A DNA stretch of 64,000 nucleotides from assembly GCA_013265495.1 (NCBI GenBank), contig MU058423.1, positions 5,872,745-5,936,744 of the forward strand. Reading direction: 5' to 3'. Below, piece by piece: positions 25,895 through 38,540 of this stretch (positions are counted from its first letter, which is position 1; each line of letters begins with the position of its first letter). The DNA is from Vicugna vicugna. Taxonomy: Eukaryota. The notes beneath the pieces were generated by a model, which saw only the letters and a program-made list of their open reading frames with translations, did no database searches and was not told the origin of the DNA. The position numbers were made by a program, and so were the translations under genes.

Positions 25895-27480
25895 ATAAGT
25901 AGCAGCCCTAACATGCGATGAACTTGGAAGTGTCATTCCATTATTACAGCAAACAAAGAGCTGAACAAACAAAAGTTAAAGATTTTCTCGGACTCATCAG
26001 AAAACTGAGCTTGCAGGGCAAACCACCAACCCAAAATCTGAAGAGACAGGTGATTAAGAGAGTCAGAGCCAAGATCTGCTTACCTGGAGCAGAATCTGCT
26101 AGAGCAATAAGCTGGTAGGAACACTTAAATGGTAATGTTTACAAACTGCTAGAAGTTGAGTGTGGGATAGCTTGAAGGTATGAGCCTCAGTCATGGCAAT
26201 TCCCTCTCTAACTTTCAGATTTCTCTCTCTCTCTCTAACTATCTATATGACCAGATTGAATAGATATTCATCAAAAAAAAAAAAAAAAAGCAAAGAAACA
26301 TCCCCTGCAAGCTCTGGCACAGGGAGAGAAAACATAAGCATTGTGAAATACATCCAGAGGAATCTCTATATGAAAGGTCTACTTGGGGTTGCAGGTGACT
26401 TTATCAGAGCCTCATCTGATATGAAGGGAGGCACATTACTCAACCTTAGTTCCTCTAGCTCTCATGTCTAGCCTAAGAGGAAGGGTTAGAGATAAGAAAC
26501 ACTTGTGAATATTATAGCCCAGGGATATCAGATCACTGAAAGTCTGAGATTTATTCATAAGATTATAGAATATCTACCCTCCACCACATATTACCACCAG
26601 ACAAATAGAACGCCATTAAAATAACAGTGAATTATAGTTGAAAAAGATTTAAGAAGCAAACAAATGCTCTGAGAGGAGCTCTTAGGGAAGTTCAAAAATT
26701 TAGGGGAGACAAAACACTAATCACCAGAGTAATTTGAAGCCCCTAGAACCTATAGCTATAGAAAATATGAAATAGCACTCTCTTAGCCAGATTAGAACAA
26801 AGTCGCACAGTAAAGTTCTGTTTATCTCAGTTCCCGTTATCTAATACATCATGTTGTCTTTCAACCAAAAATGTTAAAAGCAAAAAATAATACTGCCTGA
26901 ATTGACAAAGAAAGAATCTAAACCAGACTCAGATATGACAAAGATTTTAGAGTTATCAGAAAGGGAATATAGTGTAACTATGATTAATATGTTAAGGGCT
27001 GTAGTAGAAGAAGTAGACAACATGCAAGAATGGGTAAGCAAAGTAAGCAGAGAGATGGAATCTCCGAAAAAAAAAAATGAAAAGGAAATGCAAGAAATCC
27101 ACAATCAAAACCAGAAATGAACCATGCCTTTGCTGGGCTCATCAAGACTGGACCCATTAGAGGAAAATATCAGTTAGGATGAAAATCAGACAATAGAAAC
27201 TCCCTAAACTGAAATACAAAGAGAGAAACAAACAAACAAAAAAATTAAACAAGAAGTTAATAGAACATCCATGGACTGTGGAACAACTTCAAAAGGCATA
27301 ACATGTGAATAATTGGAATGCAAGAAAGAGACTAAGAAAGAACAGGGTAGAAATATGTTTGAAATAATAATGTTCAAAACTTTTGAAAAATCAATAATGA
27401 CAGAAAAACCACAAATCCACAAAGCTAAGAGAATAAAATGTAAGACAAAAATAAAAAAAACCCACACCTAGGTATATTAT
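25895..27480 (+). mobile_element. L1MC-like 5' UTR and ORF1 remnant
   Basis: ORF 26902-27120 (DSDMTKILELSEREYSVTMINMLRAVVEEVDNMQE) is L1M ORF1-like. The upstream sequence resembles an L1MC 5' end. Confidence 0.8.
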
Positions 27481-27484
27481 GTAT

Positions 27485-27582
27485 ACTATTAGCCAGGGTT
27501 CTCCAGAGAAACAAAATCAATAGGACATATATAGTGATATAAGAGGACATTTATTATGAGAATTGGCTCATGTGATTATGGA
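27485..27582 (-). mobile_element. MLT2 (ERVL LTR) 3'-terminal fragment
   Basis: tattagccagggttctccagagaaaca..atttattatgagaattggctcatgtgattatgga is diagnostic of antisense MLT2. Confidence 0.85.
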
Positions 27583-27956
27583 TAAAGTCCTACCCATAAT
27601 TTTAACTCATTCTTTGAGTTAGAGTTATATTAATACCCTATTAGCATTACCTGGATACTAAAAATATTTTTTAATAAAACCTTATAATATAGCAAAACTA
27701 CAAACAATATTTCTGATGAAAATAGGTGTAGATGCCTTCAAGAAGACATTAGAAAATTAAATAAAAAATGTACAAAAAGAATTATGTAGTACATCCAGTG
27801 GGATTTTTCTAGCTGTGCAAGGCTGGCTCATCATTTAAAAATCAATCACTTTAATCTATCACATCTACATATTAAAGATAGAGAATCATATAATCATACC
27901 AAATGATACAGAATAAGCATGTGACAAAATCCAGTATCATTTATGACCAAAACTAC

Positions 27957-28411
27957 TGAAAGAATAGAAAACTACCAAGATGGCTCCTGAGTTGTTCATG
28001 CCTGCACTTCTAGCTAAACTGATCTTATGAGTAACATGCTCCACGCCCTGTGCATTCTTTTCCTAAAATAATTTATCCTTTTACCCTAGAGGTCTTGAAG
28101 GAAGGTCACAGACTGAACCTCAAGAAAATGGGAAGACCCTTCTAAATTCCTCCATAACAACAACAAGTTCCTATCAAGATGAAGAAAATGGAACACCTTG
28201 TAAAATGCCCTGATCATTTTTACCTTTTCTATTCCATCCAGTTTTTCTATAAAATCTCTACTCCAAGATGGGCTCACAGTCTTTAAGGTATAAGCCTGCT
28301 GTGACTCCCTTTGCTGGCAAAGCAATAAAGCTGTTCTTTTCTATACTATCCAAAGTCTGCCTCTGATTCTCAATTTTGCTATCAGGATACAGAGGCGATA
28401 TTTCAGCAACA
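27957..28411 (+). mobile_element. Class I ERV solo LTR (455 bp) with a 4-bp TSD
   Basis: TG...CA termini, TSD ctac at 27953-27956 and 28412-28415, TATAAAA at 28248-28254 and AATAAA at 28324-28329. Confidence 0.9.
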
Positions 28412-28656
28412 CTACCAGCAGACTAAGAACACTAGGTAACTGTCTCACTTCTACAAAAAAACCCTACTCCTAACATCATACTTAATGATGAAAAACTGGA
28501 TTCTTCCCACCTCCACGAATATCAGGAATGAGGTAATAAGGATTTTCTCTCTAAAACTCCTTTCAGTAATGTACTAGAAGTCCTAGGTAGTGTAATAAGG
28601 CATTCAAAGGAAATAAAAAGTACACAAATTGGGAAGAAAAAAATAAAATTGCCTTT

Positions 28657-29300
28657 TTTTTCTTTTTAGTTTTATTTGTTATTTTTTTCCAGTTTCTTTT
28701 TCTTTTTTTTTAATTGAAGTACAGTCAATTGTAATAGGCTTCCCATATGATCCAGCAATCGCACTCCTGGGCATATATCTGGAGGGAATTAATGCAAAAA
28801 GATACATCTACCTCAGTGTTCACAGCAGCACTATATACAATAGCCAAGACATGGAAGCAACCTAAATGTCCATCGACAGATGACTGGATAAAGAAGTTGT
28901 GGTATATTTATACAATGGAATACTACTGAGCCATTAAAAGAATAAAACAATGCCATTTGCAGCAACATGGATGGATCTGGAGATCATCATTCTAAGTGAA
29001 GTAAGCCAGAAAGAGAAAGAAAAATACCATATGATATCACACTATGAACTCATCTATAAAACAGACTTGCAGACTTAGTAAATAATCTTATGGTTACCAA
29101 GGAAAGGGGATGGGAGGGGATAAATTTTGGAGTTTGAGATTTACAAATGTTAGCCACTATATATAAAAATAGATTTTAAAGTTTCTTTTGCATAGCACAG
29201 GAAACTATATTCAATATCTTGCAATAACCTTTAATGGAAAAAAATGTGAAAACTAATATAGGTATGTATATGCATGACTGGGACATTGTGCTGTACACCA
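28657..29300 (-). mobile_element. Young L1 3' fragment with a 5' inversion (twin priming)
   Basis: T tail and antisense L1 terminus at 28657-28735, then sense L1 at 28736-29300. TSD aa[t/g]aaaattgccttt at 28642-28656 and 29301-29315. Confidence 0.9.
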
Positions 29301-29501
29301 AAGAAAATTGCCTTTGTTTGTAGATGACATAGTTGTTCATGTAGAGTATTCCAAATAATTAAACAAAAAAACTGTTAGTACTTATAAGTGAGTATAAACA
29401 AACTTATAGGATATAAGACTGATAAAAATAAAATTCAATTACTTTCTTATATATCACCAGTGTACAAACAGAATTTGAAATGCAAAAGAATACAATTAAT
29501 A

Positions 29502-31060
29502 TGTGATAAGAAGAATAATGTCCTCATCACTGGAACGTATCAATATGTTACGTTAGATGGCAAAGAGAAATTAAAATTGCAGATGGAATTAAGGGTTTCA
29601 ATCAACTAATAGTAAAATAGGGAGATTTTCCTGGATTACCCAAGTTGGCCCAACTAAATTACAGGGGCTCTTAAAATGTTAAAGACAGAAACAGAGTTGT
29701 CAAAATTAGTGTCACAGTGATGTGATGTAAGAAAGACTGGACTGGCCACTCTTGGATTTAAAGACAGGAAAGCACCGTAAGTCAAGGAATACAGGTATCT
29801 CCAGAACCTGGAAAAAGCATGAAAGCAGATTCTCCCTTAGAGCTTCCAGAAAGAAATGTTGTCCTTAATTTTAGCCGATATCTTAATTTTAGCCAACCGA
29901 TTTTCACTTTGGTATTCTGATCTCCAATTCAAGATAATACACGTGAACAGCTGTAAGTCACCAAGTAGGCAGTAATTTTCCACATCAACAGAAATTTAAA
30001 ACCATTTTTAGTATAGAGATGGGGCTGTTCAATATGTAAAAACATGGGTTTGGAAGTTGATTCGGATTTTCACAATGAGCAGAGGATGAAAGACATTTGA
30101 GGGGTATGACTGACAAAGTCTAGATTGCCTTCAAAAAACCTGTTATTAGTAATATGGAGTTATAGACTTTGCTAGTGGAGGCTTAGAAGGAAGTAAGCTG
30201 CGTGGTAGAGAAAACATACGATCTCAGAAAATACCTAAAATGCTATTAACAAACTGTTGGTACAAATATGGATGAAAAATATATTCTCAGTGAAGGCTGA
30301 CATGAAAATGAGAAATATGTTATTGGAAACTGGAAGGAAGGGAAATGTATTATACAGTAGCATAAAGCTTAGTTGAAGTGTGTCCTGAAATATAGAAAGC
30401 TTATCTTGTAAACAATTAACTGTAATATTTAACTGAGGAGATTTCCAAGCAAAGTACTGAAGGAATGGCCTAGATTCTTCTTGCTACTTATAATAAAATT
30501 AGAGAAGAAATAATTAATTTGAGGGAAGAACTTTTAAATAAAATTTAAAATGCCAGAATGTGATGATTTGGAAAATTCTCGGTCTATTCAGATTGCAAAA
30601 GATGCTATAATTAGAAGATTCACTTTCAGGCCAATGTGCTCTGCAGAGAAAGTTCAGAGTATTTCTGGCCAGTCTTTTGCTGGTATCTCAGAAGGATTAA
30701 AAGATTAGAGGATTCAATCACTCAGAAAATTTTTTGAAGAGATTAGGCATGTATGAATGCTCTCAGTCATCTCTGAAGAATTCAAGGATAGAGATAAGAC
30801 TATCCAGCAAAGGTCTGTGGAGAAGATTTCAGTTTCATGGAGTTATGAAGGAGACCTACAGGGTTCATGAAAATTTTATAGTAGCAGACATACTATGAGT
30901 TTGGACTAAAAAGGAAAAAGAGAATTTAAAAAATCTCTGCCAGATAACTTAAAGTTTAGGTAAAAAACGGTTGATAAATCTACTCAGTTCTAACTACACG
31001 CTAGCTTTCACCAAAAAATGGATGACACTGAGTGTCTACCATTAAGCACAGAGGATGAAG
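29502..31060 (+). mobile_element. MLT1D-like 5' LTR (29502-~30001) plus MaLR internal region
   Basis: LTR motifs cagatggaattaagg, gggagattttcctggatt and gattctcccttagagcttccaga. MaLR-internal motifs gcagaggatgaaag, ttattggaaactggaaggaaggg and tgaggagatttccaagcaaagt. Confidence 0.85.
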
Positions 31061-31069
31061 CCTCTGTGG

Positions 31070-31640
31070 GGCTAGTGACAACTTGAGAAACACGGTAAAG
31101 TAGTAGTACAATATAAACCAAATCAAATAAATAAATTTATTCAATAGGCAAGAGAATAGGCACATTTTCCTTGCCAAAGAATTTCAAAAAAGTATCTATA
31201 CATTCCACCTTCAAGGAAGTGGGACATAACCCTAATCCCTTAATTGTAGGCTCTGTATATCTATTTCTTTTCAAAAAGCACAATATAGAAAAAGGAAAAA
31301 ATAAACGAATAACTTAAAAAATGTAACTTTATATTTACTTTATCTCAGCCAGTGATCAAAATTAGCATCAACAGTGATACATGTATTCTTGATATAAGAT
31401 GATGAGTGTGGCCCTTTACCTCTGCGATCTTCCTCCCTTAAACCTATAATCCCAGTGTAATCATCAGAAAAATATTAGACAAATCTCAAGTGAGAGATCC
31501 TCTATGAAATATCTAATCATACTCATCAAACCATTAAGGTCATCAAAAACAGGAAGTCTGAGAAACTGTCACAGCCAAGAGGAGCTTAAGCAAACATATG
31601 ATTAAATATAATACAGTATTCTGATTTGGATCCAAGAAAA
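31070..31640 (+). mobile_element. L1MC-type 3' UTR
   Basis: aaggtcatcaaaaacaggaagtctgagaaactgtcacagccaagaggagc is characteristic of L1MC 3' UTRs. Confidence 0.8.
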
Positions 31641-31644
31641 GACT

Positions 31645-32965
31645 ATGTGTCAAAGGCTGAAATTAGAACATCTTCTAACACCATATACAAAAATAAATTT
31701 AAAATTTATCAAAGACCTAGATATAAGACTGGAAACCATAAAACTCTTAGAACAAAACATAGGCAGTACATTCTTTGATGTAAGTCTTTGCAATATTTGA
31801 TCTGTTTGCTCAGGCAAGAGGAACAAAAGCAATCATAAACGTAATCTTATTAAACTTAAAAGCTTTTGCACAATGAAGGAAATCATCAACAAAACAAAAA
31901 GATAACCTACTGAATGGGAGAAGATATATGCAAAAATATGATCAATAAGGGCCTAGTAGTCAAAATACATAAAGAGTTTATTGAACTCAATATCAAAAAA
32001 ATAAACAATCTGATTAAAAAATGGGCAAATGGCTGAATAGTATTTCAGGTATCTGCTTGAACAGAATAGTCTTCTTTTTTCCAAAGATGGCATACAGATG
32101 GCTAATTGGTACATGAAGAGATGCTCAACATCATTAATCATCAGGAAAATGCAAACCTAAACCACAATGAGATGTCATCTCACACCTGTCAGAATGACTA
32201 TCATCAAAAAGACAACAAATAATAAATGCTGGCTAAGAGAAAAGGGAACCCTAATACACAGCTGGAATTGGTGCAGCCACTATGGGTAAGAATATTGAGG
32301 TTTCTCTGAAAATTTAAAAAAGAATTACCATATGATCCAGTAATTCTACTTCTGGATATATATATACAAAGAAAACAGAAACATTAATTCAAAAAGTTAT
32401 ATGCAGCACAATATTGATAGCAGCATTATTTACAATAGCCAAGATATGAAAACAATCTAAGTAGTCATCAACAGATGAATGGATACGGAAGACGTGGGGT
32501 ATATATATATAAACACAAACACACTCACATATACGCACACAATGGAATACTAACTCAACCATGAGAAGAATGGAATCTTGCAATTTGCAACAGCATGGAT
32601 GAATCTGGAGTGTACTATACTTGGTGAAATAAGTTGGACAGAGAAAAACAAATACTGTATGATTTCACTTATATGTGGAATCTAAATAAAACAAACAAAT
32701 ATAATAAAACAGAAAAAGTCTCATGGACACAGGGAACAAATTTGTGGTTACCAGTAGAGAGAGGGATGGGGTTGAGGCAAGATAGGAAAAGGAGATTAAG
32801 CAATACAAACTACAAGCTATAAAATAAATTAGATATAAGGGTGTAATGTATAGCACAGGCAATATAGCCAGCATTTTATAACAACTTTAAGTTGATTATA
32901 ACCTATAGAAATATCAAATAACTATGTTGCAAACCTGAAACTAATATACCATAAAACTTGAATTA
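31645..32965 (+). mobile_element. 5'-truncated L1 (ORF2 end and 3' UTR, L1MA9-descended type)
   Basis: accatatacaaaaataaat, aaaagcttttgcaca, ccatatgatccagtaattctacttctgg, and a 3' UTR ending acctgaaactaata. Confidence 0.88.
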
Positions 32966-32999
32966 AAGAAATTGGAATTATTTCAGGACTAAAAATAAA

Positions 33000-34420
33000 A
33001 CAATCTCATTTTGCTAATGATGTATTAGACAAAAGGCTTAATATAATTAAATATAAATTATTTCAAGTATAGTATACAAATTAATAATATTTTAATTAAA
33101 ATTTCCTAAAATAGTGTTGTAATTGGATGAGATAAATGTTCAGAAAGTCAAAAAATAAGTAAATTGTGAATTTGTTTTATTAGATAAATGGTAGGGCTTG
33201 TTTATTAGATATTAAAACATAAGATAAAGCTATATTATTCATTTGAAAATAACATTTTGATATAAAAGAAGGCTGCAAATGGATCAGTGGAACAGAATAT
33301 AGAACCCACAGGAAAAGAAGAAAAGATGGCTTCCAATTCATTGGGTGAAAAGGAAAAAAAAAATAACAATTTCATTAATGGTAGTGGCACTTTTGCTTAT
33401 TGGCATATTGTTTTCCACATGGATATTTGCCACATCCATATGAAAAATAAAAATATGAATCCATATCTCATACCACATATAAGAAATATTCATGAGTTAT
33501 GGACTCAAGTGCAAATTAATTTAAACAATAAAGATGAAAAAAATGTACAGTTTAGGGATGAGGAAAGACTATCTAACAAGACTGGAAATTTAAAGTATAA
33601 AAATAAGATACTAACAAGGATGAAAGGCCATGGATCTCCCATATATTACTGGTGGGTTTGTAGAATGGTGTAGCCATTATGAGAAACAATTTGACAGTTT
33701 CTTAAAAAGTTATACATACAGCTATCATATAACACAACAATCACACTCCCAGGCATTTATATCAAAGAAATAATGACTTATGTATTAACCCAAAATTAAA
33801 AATAACGTGTCCATAAATGGATCAATAAATAAACTGTGATATATTCCTACGCAACAGGGTACTATTCAGCAATAAAAAGTAACAACTATTCATACACGCA
33901 ACAAGTTTGAATTGAATTGGTTTCAAAGGCATAATGCTGAGTGAAAAAAAAAAAAGCCAGTCTCAATATATTATATACTGTGTGATTCCACTTATATACA
34001 TTTCTCAAGATGATAAAATTATAATGATGAACAGTTCAGTGATTGCCCAGGGGTTAGGTTTGGAGGAAGGGTGTGACTATAAAGGAGTAGCACAAGGGAG
34101 TTTCTTGTTCATGGGGGGAATAATTTTGTATCCTGATTGAGGTGGTTACAAAATTTACACATGTGAAAAAATTTCACAGATACACACACTACAAAAAAAA
34201 AAAAAGAGTGCTTATATAAATCAGTGAAATTAATATAAGGTCTATAGTTCAGCTAGCAGTATTGTATCAATATGAGACTTTTGATTTTGATGAAGAACTG
34301 TGGTTTTGTAAGATGTTATTACTACAGGAATTTGGGGAGATAATGTAGGAACCCTCTATAATAGAATACTAGAAGAATTTGCAACTCTACAATTCTAAAA
34401 TCATTTCTAAGTAAAAAAAT
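33000..34420 (+). mobile_element. Old L1 (L1MC/MD-like) ORF2 end and 3' UTR
   Basis: ggatcagtggaacagaatatagaaccca, tactgtgtgattccacttatata and terminal ttgcaactct..tctaaaatcatttc. Confidence 0.72.
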
Positions 34421-35149
34421 TTAAACAACTTCATTGTACTTGACTATCTAAAATTAGTGTTAAAATTATTGCAAAAGATAAAGTCAATAGGAAGGAAAAT
34501 ACTTTTTTTTCAAACAAAAAGATCTCTGAATCTTTGAAAAGATCTTAAAATGTTTTTCACAGCATATACACACATTGAAAGAAAAAACAAGCACTCTAAG
34601 GTAAAAGTAAAAGAGTAGATATTTCATAGAAGAAAAAACTAATTTACCCAAAAGTTGATGGAAAACTCAGATTGAGTTTTAGAGGAAAGGTAGAGACACT
34701 AAGGCAGTGCTTTGTTGATATCAGACTGGCCCAAATTATAACAGAATCAGAGAAACACTGGAGAGAAAACGGGATCATTTTGTATATTTTTCCCCCATGC
34801 ATTGCATTTATGACCTATAATATAATGTGGCTTAGCTTTAGGTATCCCACATGAGAAAAGGAGGTGATAATTCTGCCATTTCATACCCTGGTAATATGCA
34901 TTACATGAGAAAATTCATAGGAAATGTTTTCTTTATAAGTTATAAATGGCATTCTAGGGGGAAATCACCTAAAGTACTTTTACTTTAAAGAATTATGTTA
35001 TGTTTTTAAAAAATCACCATCTATACATAAAATCAAGTATCAGGAACTCAAAAGGGGCTATAGGTAGATTGTTAGAATATATATATGAATACAAACATAC
35101 ATATATGTTAATGGAGTACACCTTCAATGATAAATAGTAGACTTGTCAT

Positions 35150-35970
35150 CTTACTATCTCAGTTAGTACTTAAAGAAGTACACAGGTGTGGTGTGGGAGT
35201 GAAACTTGGACAAATATCCTCTTATGAGGAAAATCTCTGATACACATGCAGAGCAACAAGGAAGCAGAGGTCTTTTGATAAGGAGTAGAGCAGCTGGTAT
35301 ACAATTTCAGAAAGATAATAGGAGAATAGAACTCTTGCTTTTACGCAAAGTCATGTAGGAAGACTTTAGAGAGATTGAAACACCTGCATGACAGTATCAG
35401 AATTACACTCCTGAAAGTTCTTTTGGTCGCTATTGGATAGGAGAAAGAAATAAGACAAGGTCAATAGGGGACAAATTACAGTATTACTATAATTTATGAG
35501 AGAGGTTATAGTGACTTCAGAAAGAGTATTAATGGAAATTGTGAGAACTGATCAAATTCTGGATATATATTTCAAGTAGAGTCTATAGAATACTCTGGGA
35601 GATTGAATGCAAAGTAGAGAGAAAGTGTGAAAGATGGCATCTGGGTTCCAATGTGGGATAATTGAATTACTGAATTGTGATTGAGTAAAATAATAATTCA
35701 ATTGTGACTGAGTAAAAATGAGGAGGTCTATGACAGGTTTTGAGAGAACGTGCAGAACTCAGAGTTGTACGTGTTAACTGTGAGAAGCCTGTTACAGGTA
35801 TCTCAGTGGAAATGTATAGTAAACAACTGAGTAAGTCTGGAGTTCAGAGGAGATGACTTGGCTAAGGATAACATGTAGGAGTTATGATCATGTGGGTAGT
35901 ATCTAAATTTAAATCAGATCACCAATCAACAAACAGAAGAAAAGGGGTCCATGCAGAATTTGGAGTTAGG
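35150..35970 (-). mobile_element. L2 LINE fragment
   Basis: Antisense L2 motifs gagagaggttatagtgactt, aattctggatatatatttcaagtagag and agtctggagttcagaggaga. Confidence 0.75.
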
Positions 35971-36954
35971 AATATTTTAAGGCACCATAAAAAAATAGTA
36001 AATAACAAGGTTGATCTCATAATATGAGATTGATAAACAATCTTCCTTTTCCTCCCTCTATACCTATTAAATGATACTGGTTAGCACAGTCTTGTGTGAA
36101 GTTAGAATTGCTTGAAAATAATATTGTTTATACGAACTACAAGCTTAAAAGAATAAAAATATAACATATTCCCTTTGGGTGTCTCAAAACACCATGCAAC
36201 AGTTCTCTGTGAAAATTGTTTTCCTGTTCAAAGACTCTTTTTTCACTTGACAGTGGTGAAAATTAGTCTTTATTCTTTTATGTACATACCTGCTTAAAAC
36301 AGCAAGACTTTTAGGTTCTTTCCTGTAAGCGCAGAGTATTCTTTATGTTACAGGGAAAGATTTGTTGGAGTAAAGGTAAGAATAAACTCTATGTTCTGTA
36401 TATGAAGAACTCATTGGTAAAAGTAACTAATGCAAATTGTCTGTAATTATTTATTTTTCCCAATTTCTTTTGGATATTACTTGGCCTTTATAGAAAATCT
36501 GTTGTTGCTTTTCTGATAGATTTTTTTCCAAAATTAGATCAGATGTTTAAAGAGATTTAGATTGAGGAAATGGCCTTTCCTACAGAGCACATCTAGTTTG
36601 CATTTATGCAAGCAGATCTGCAACTTTCAATCTGGTTAAACATAAAGTTCCTCTTGGAAGAAACCAGGTATTAGATTAATCGGTTTTTATCTACTTAGAT
36701 CTTATAAAAATACCAATTTTCTATGTGATTTTTATTAAAAATCACCTTTTTTGGGTCATTGTATTAATTCATAATTAAGAAAGCTTGCAGGACTTCTAAA
36801 AAAATTCAGTTAAGAATATAAATGCCTTTCAGGTAACAGTAACTGATTTGATACAAAATAAATTAAACATTTCTATGACATACATTTATTTAATTAGCTA
36901 ATTGTTTGATCTCAGGTGCAGAGTTGAATAATGTTTCTTATTTGTCTCATGAAC

Positions 36955-37585
36955 ACTTCTTTTTTTTAATGTAGCCATATTTGTTTATTAATATATTTAA
37001 AGACACTGCTAAACAAAATGCAGAATATATTCAAGAACCTATTTCCTAGGTAATAACCACCTACTTACCTATGTGCTCTTCTCATTTTTCCCCATTATAT
37101 TTTTGGTTTTATTTATTTATTTGCTTACTTATTTACTTATTTATTTATATTTTTTCTTCCTTTAAAAATGTTTAATCATACATATGTATGTCTATAACCT
37201 TTTATCTTATCTATTTCTACCTACATAACTGTTAATTACTTTTATTTGCCAAATTTTATAAAATCACACTACATTTTGATTTCTTCAGCTCATTTTGACT
37301 TAATGATACAATATTATGATATATCCTTGTTGTAACTTACAGCTAAGTTTCATTCTTTTTCATGATGTGATATTCCATTTTGTGAATATACCACAATGTA
37401 CTGATTAATTATTACATCAACAGATATTTGATTATTTTTATTTCTTTTTGTTTTCTGTTCTGTGATTCTATAGACATTCTGCTACTGTTATTCTAGTAAT
37501 TATATGCTAAAATTTATTTTGAATTTGCAATCAGCTAATAGATACTAGATGATAAAGTGTATGATGATTAAGTTTAAATATTAAT
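36955..37585 (-). mobile_element. Old L1 (L1ME-like) 3' fragment
   Basis: atattccattttgtgaatataccacaat and related antisense L1 3' motifs. Confidence 0.6.
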
Positions 37586-37614
37586 GTCAACAGCAAAAAT
37601 ATCAAAAAAGATAC

Positions 37615-38540
37615 CAAATTTATTATGAAGCTATAGTAATCTAATAGTGTGGTACTGACACAAAAGTAGATCAATAAAACAAGAGAACAGAATAGATAAC
37701 CTAAAGTGACACACACTTATATTCACCTGATCTATGAAAAACAAAGCTGCAGTTGAAAAAGGATGATCTTTTCAATAAATGGTGCTGGGTCATTAATTAT
37801 TCAAATGAAAAAATGTATTTTTTGACCCTTACCTCATATTACACAAAAATAAGTTCTGATAAATTTTACATCTAAGTGTATGATAATGAAGTGCTTTGAA
37901 AAAACATGAGAGCATTTTTATGACCTTGGAAGTTAGGCAAAGATTTTCCTTTAAAAATTTTTCCTGTATTTTTTTGGGGGGGAGGGTAATTAGGTTTGTT
38001 TGTTTGTTTGTTTAATGAAGGTACTGGGGATTGAACCCAGGACCTTGTGAATGCTAAGCCCAAGTTCTACCAGTAAGCTATACCTTTCCCCGCAAAGATT
38101 TCTTAAACAGAGCGTGAAAAGTAAAGTGAAAAATTAAGAACTTCTATTTATTAATAATCATTAAAAGCTAATAATTATTAAAAGTAATAATTAACAATAA
38201 AAATATTGTTTTAAGACTGAAAAAACAAGCCAATGAGAGAAGTCATGTACAATACTCATATCCAACATATATGCACATCATTGAACTAAATAGCATAATT
38301 CAATTAGGAAAAATAACAATACATGCATGTCATCAAAATAAATAATATAATTCAGTTAGGAAAAATAACAACAAACTAAATCAAAACTAAAAAATAAAAT
38401 TCAAAAGACTTCTCCGGAAATTTCAGAGGAGAGAATATTTAAAAGACCAATAATCTTATGAAAACATACTCAGCTTCACTAATCATCAGGAAACTGCTAA
38501 CTACAAACCACAATAACTATTCCTATACATTAATCAGAAC
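37615..38540 (+). mobile_element. Old L1 ORF2 3' fragment (host of the SINE)
   Basis: aagctatagtaatc..gtgtggtactgac, ttttcaataaatggtgctggg and tcactaatcatcagg. Confidence 0.78.
37950..38091 (-). mobile_element. tRNA-derived SINE, camelid vic-1 type
   Basis: Reverse complement ggggaaaggtatagcttactggtaga...ggtcctgggttcaatccccagtacc (A and B boxes), then an (aaac)n linker and cctaattaccctccccc. TSD gcaaagattt at 37937-37946 and 38092-38101. Confidence 0.9.

Larger units (their letters stand above)
27590..29500 (+). mobile_element. Old L1 ORF2 RT region (host of nested insertions)
   Basis: gcatgtgacaaaatccag (A.DKIQ), aacatcatacttaatgatgaaaaactg, and a degenerate FADD (tttgtagatgacata) at ~29317-29331. 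Confidence 0.8.

Noticed and set aside
38018..38091. tRNA gene
   Set aside because: The tRNA-like head is followed by a SINE tail, is flanked by a TSD inside an L1 and has degenerate stems.
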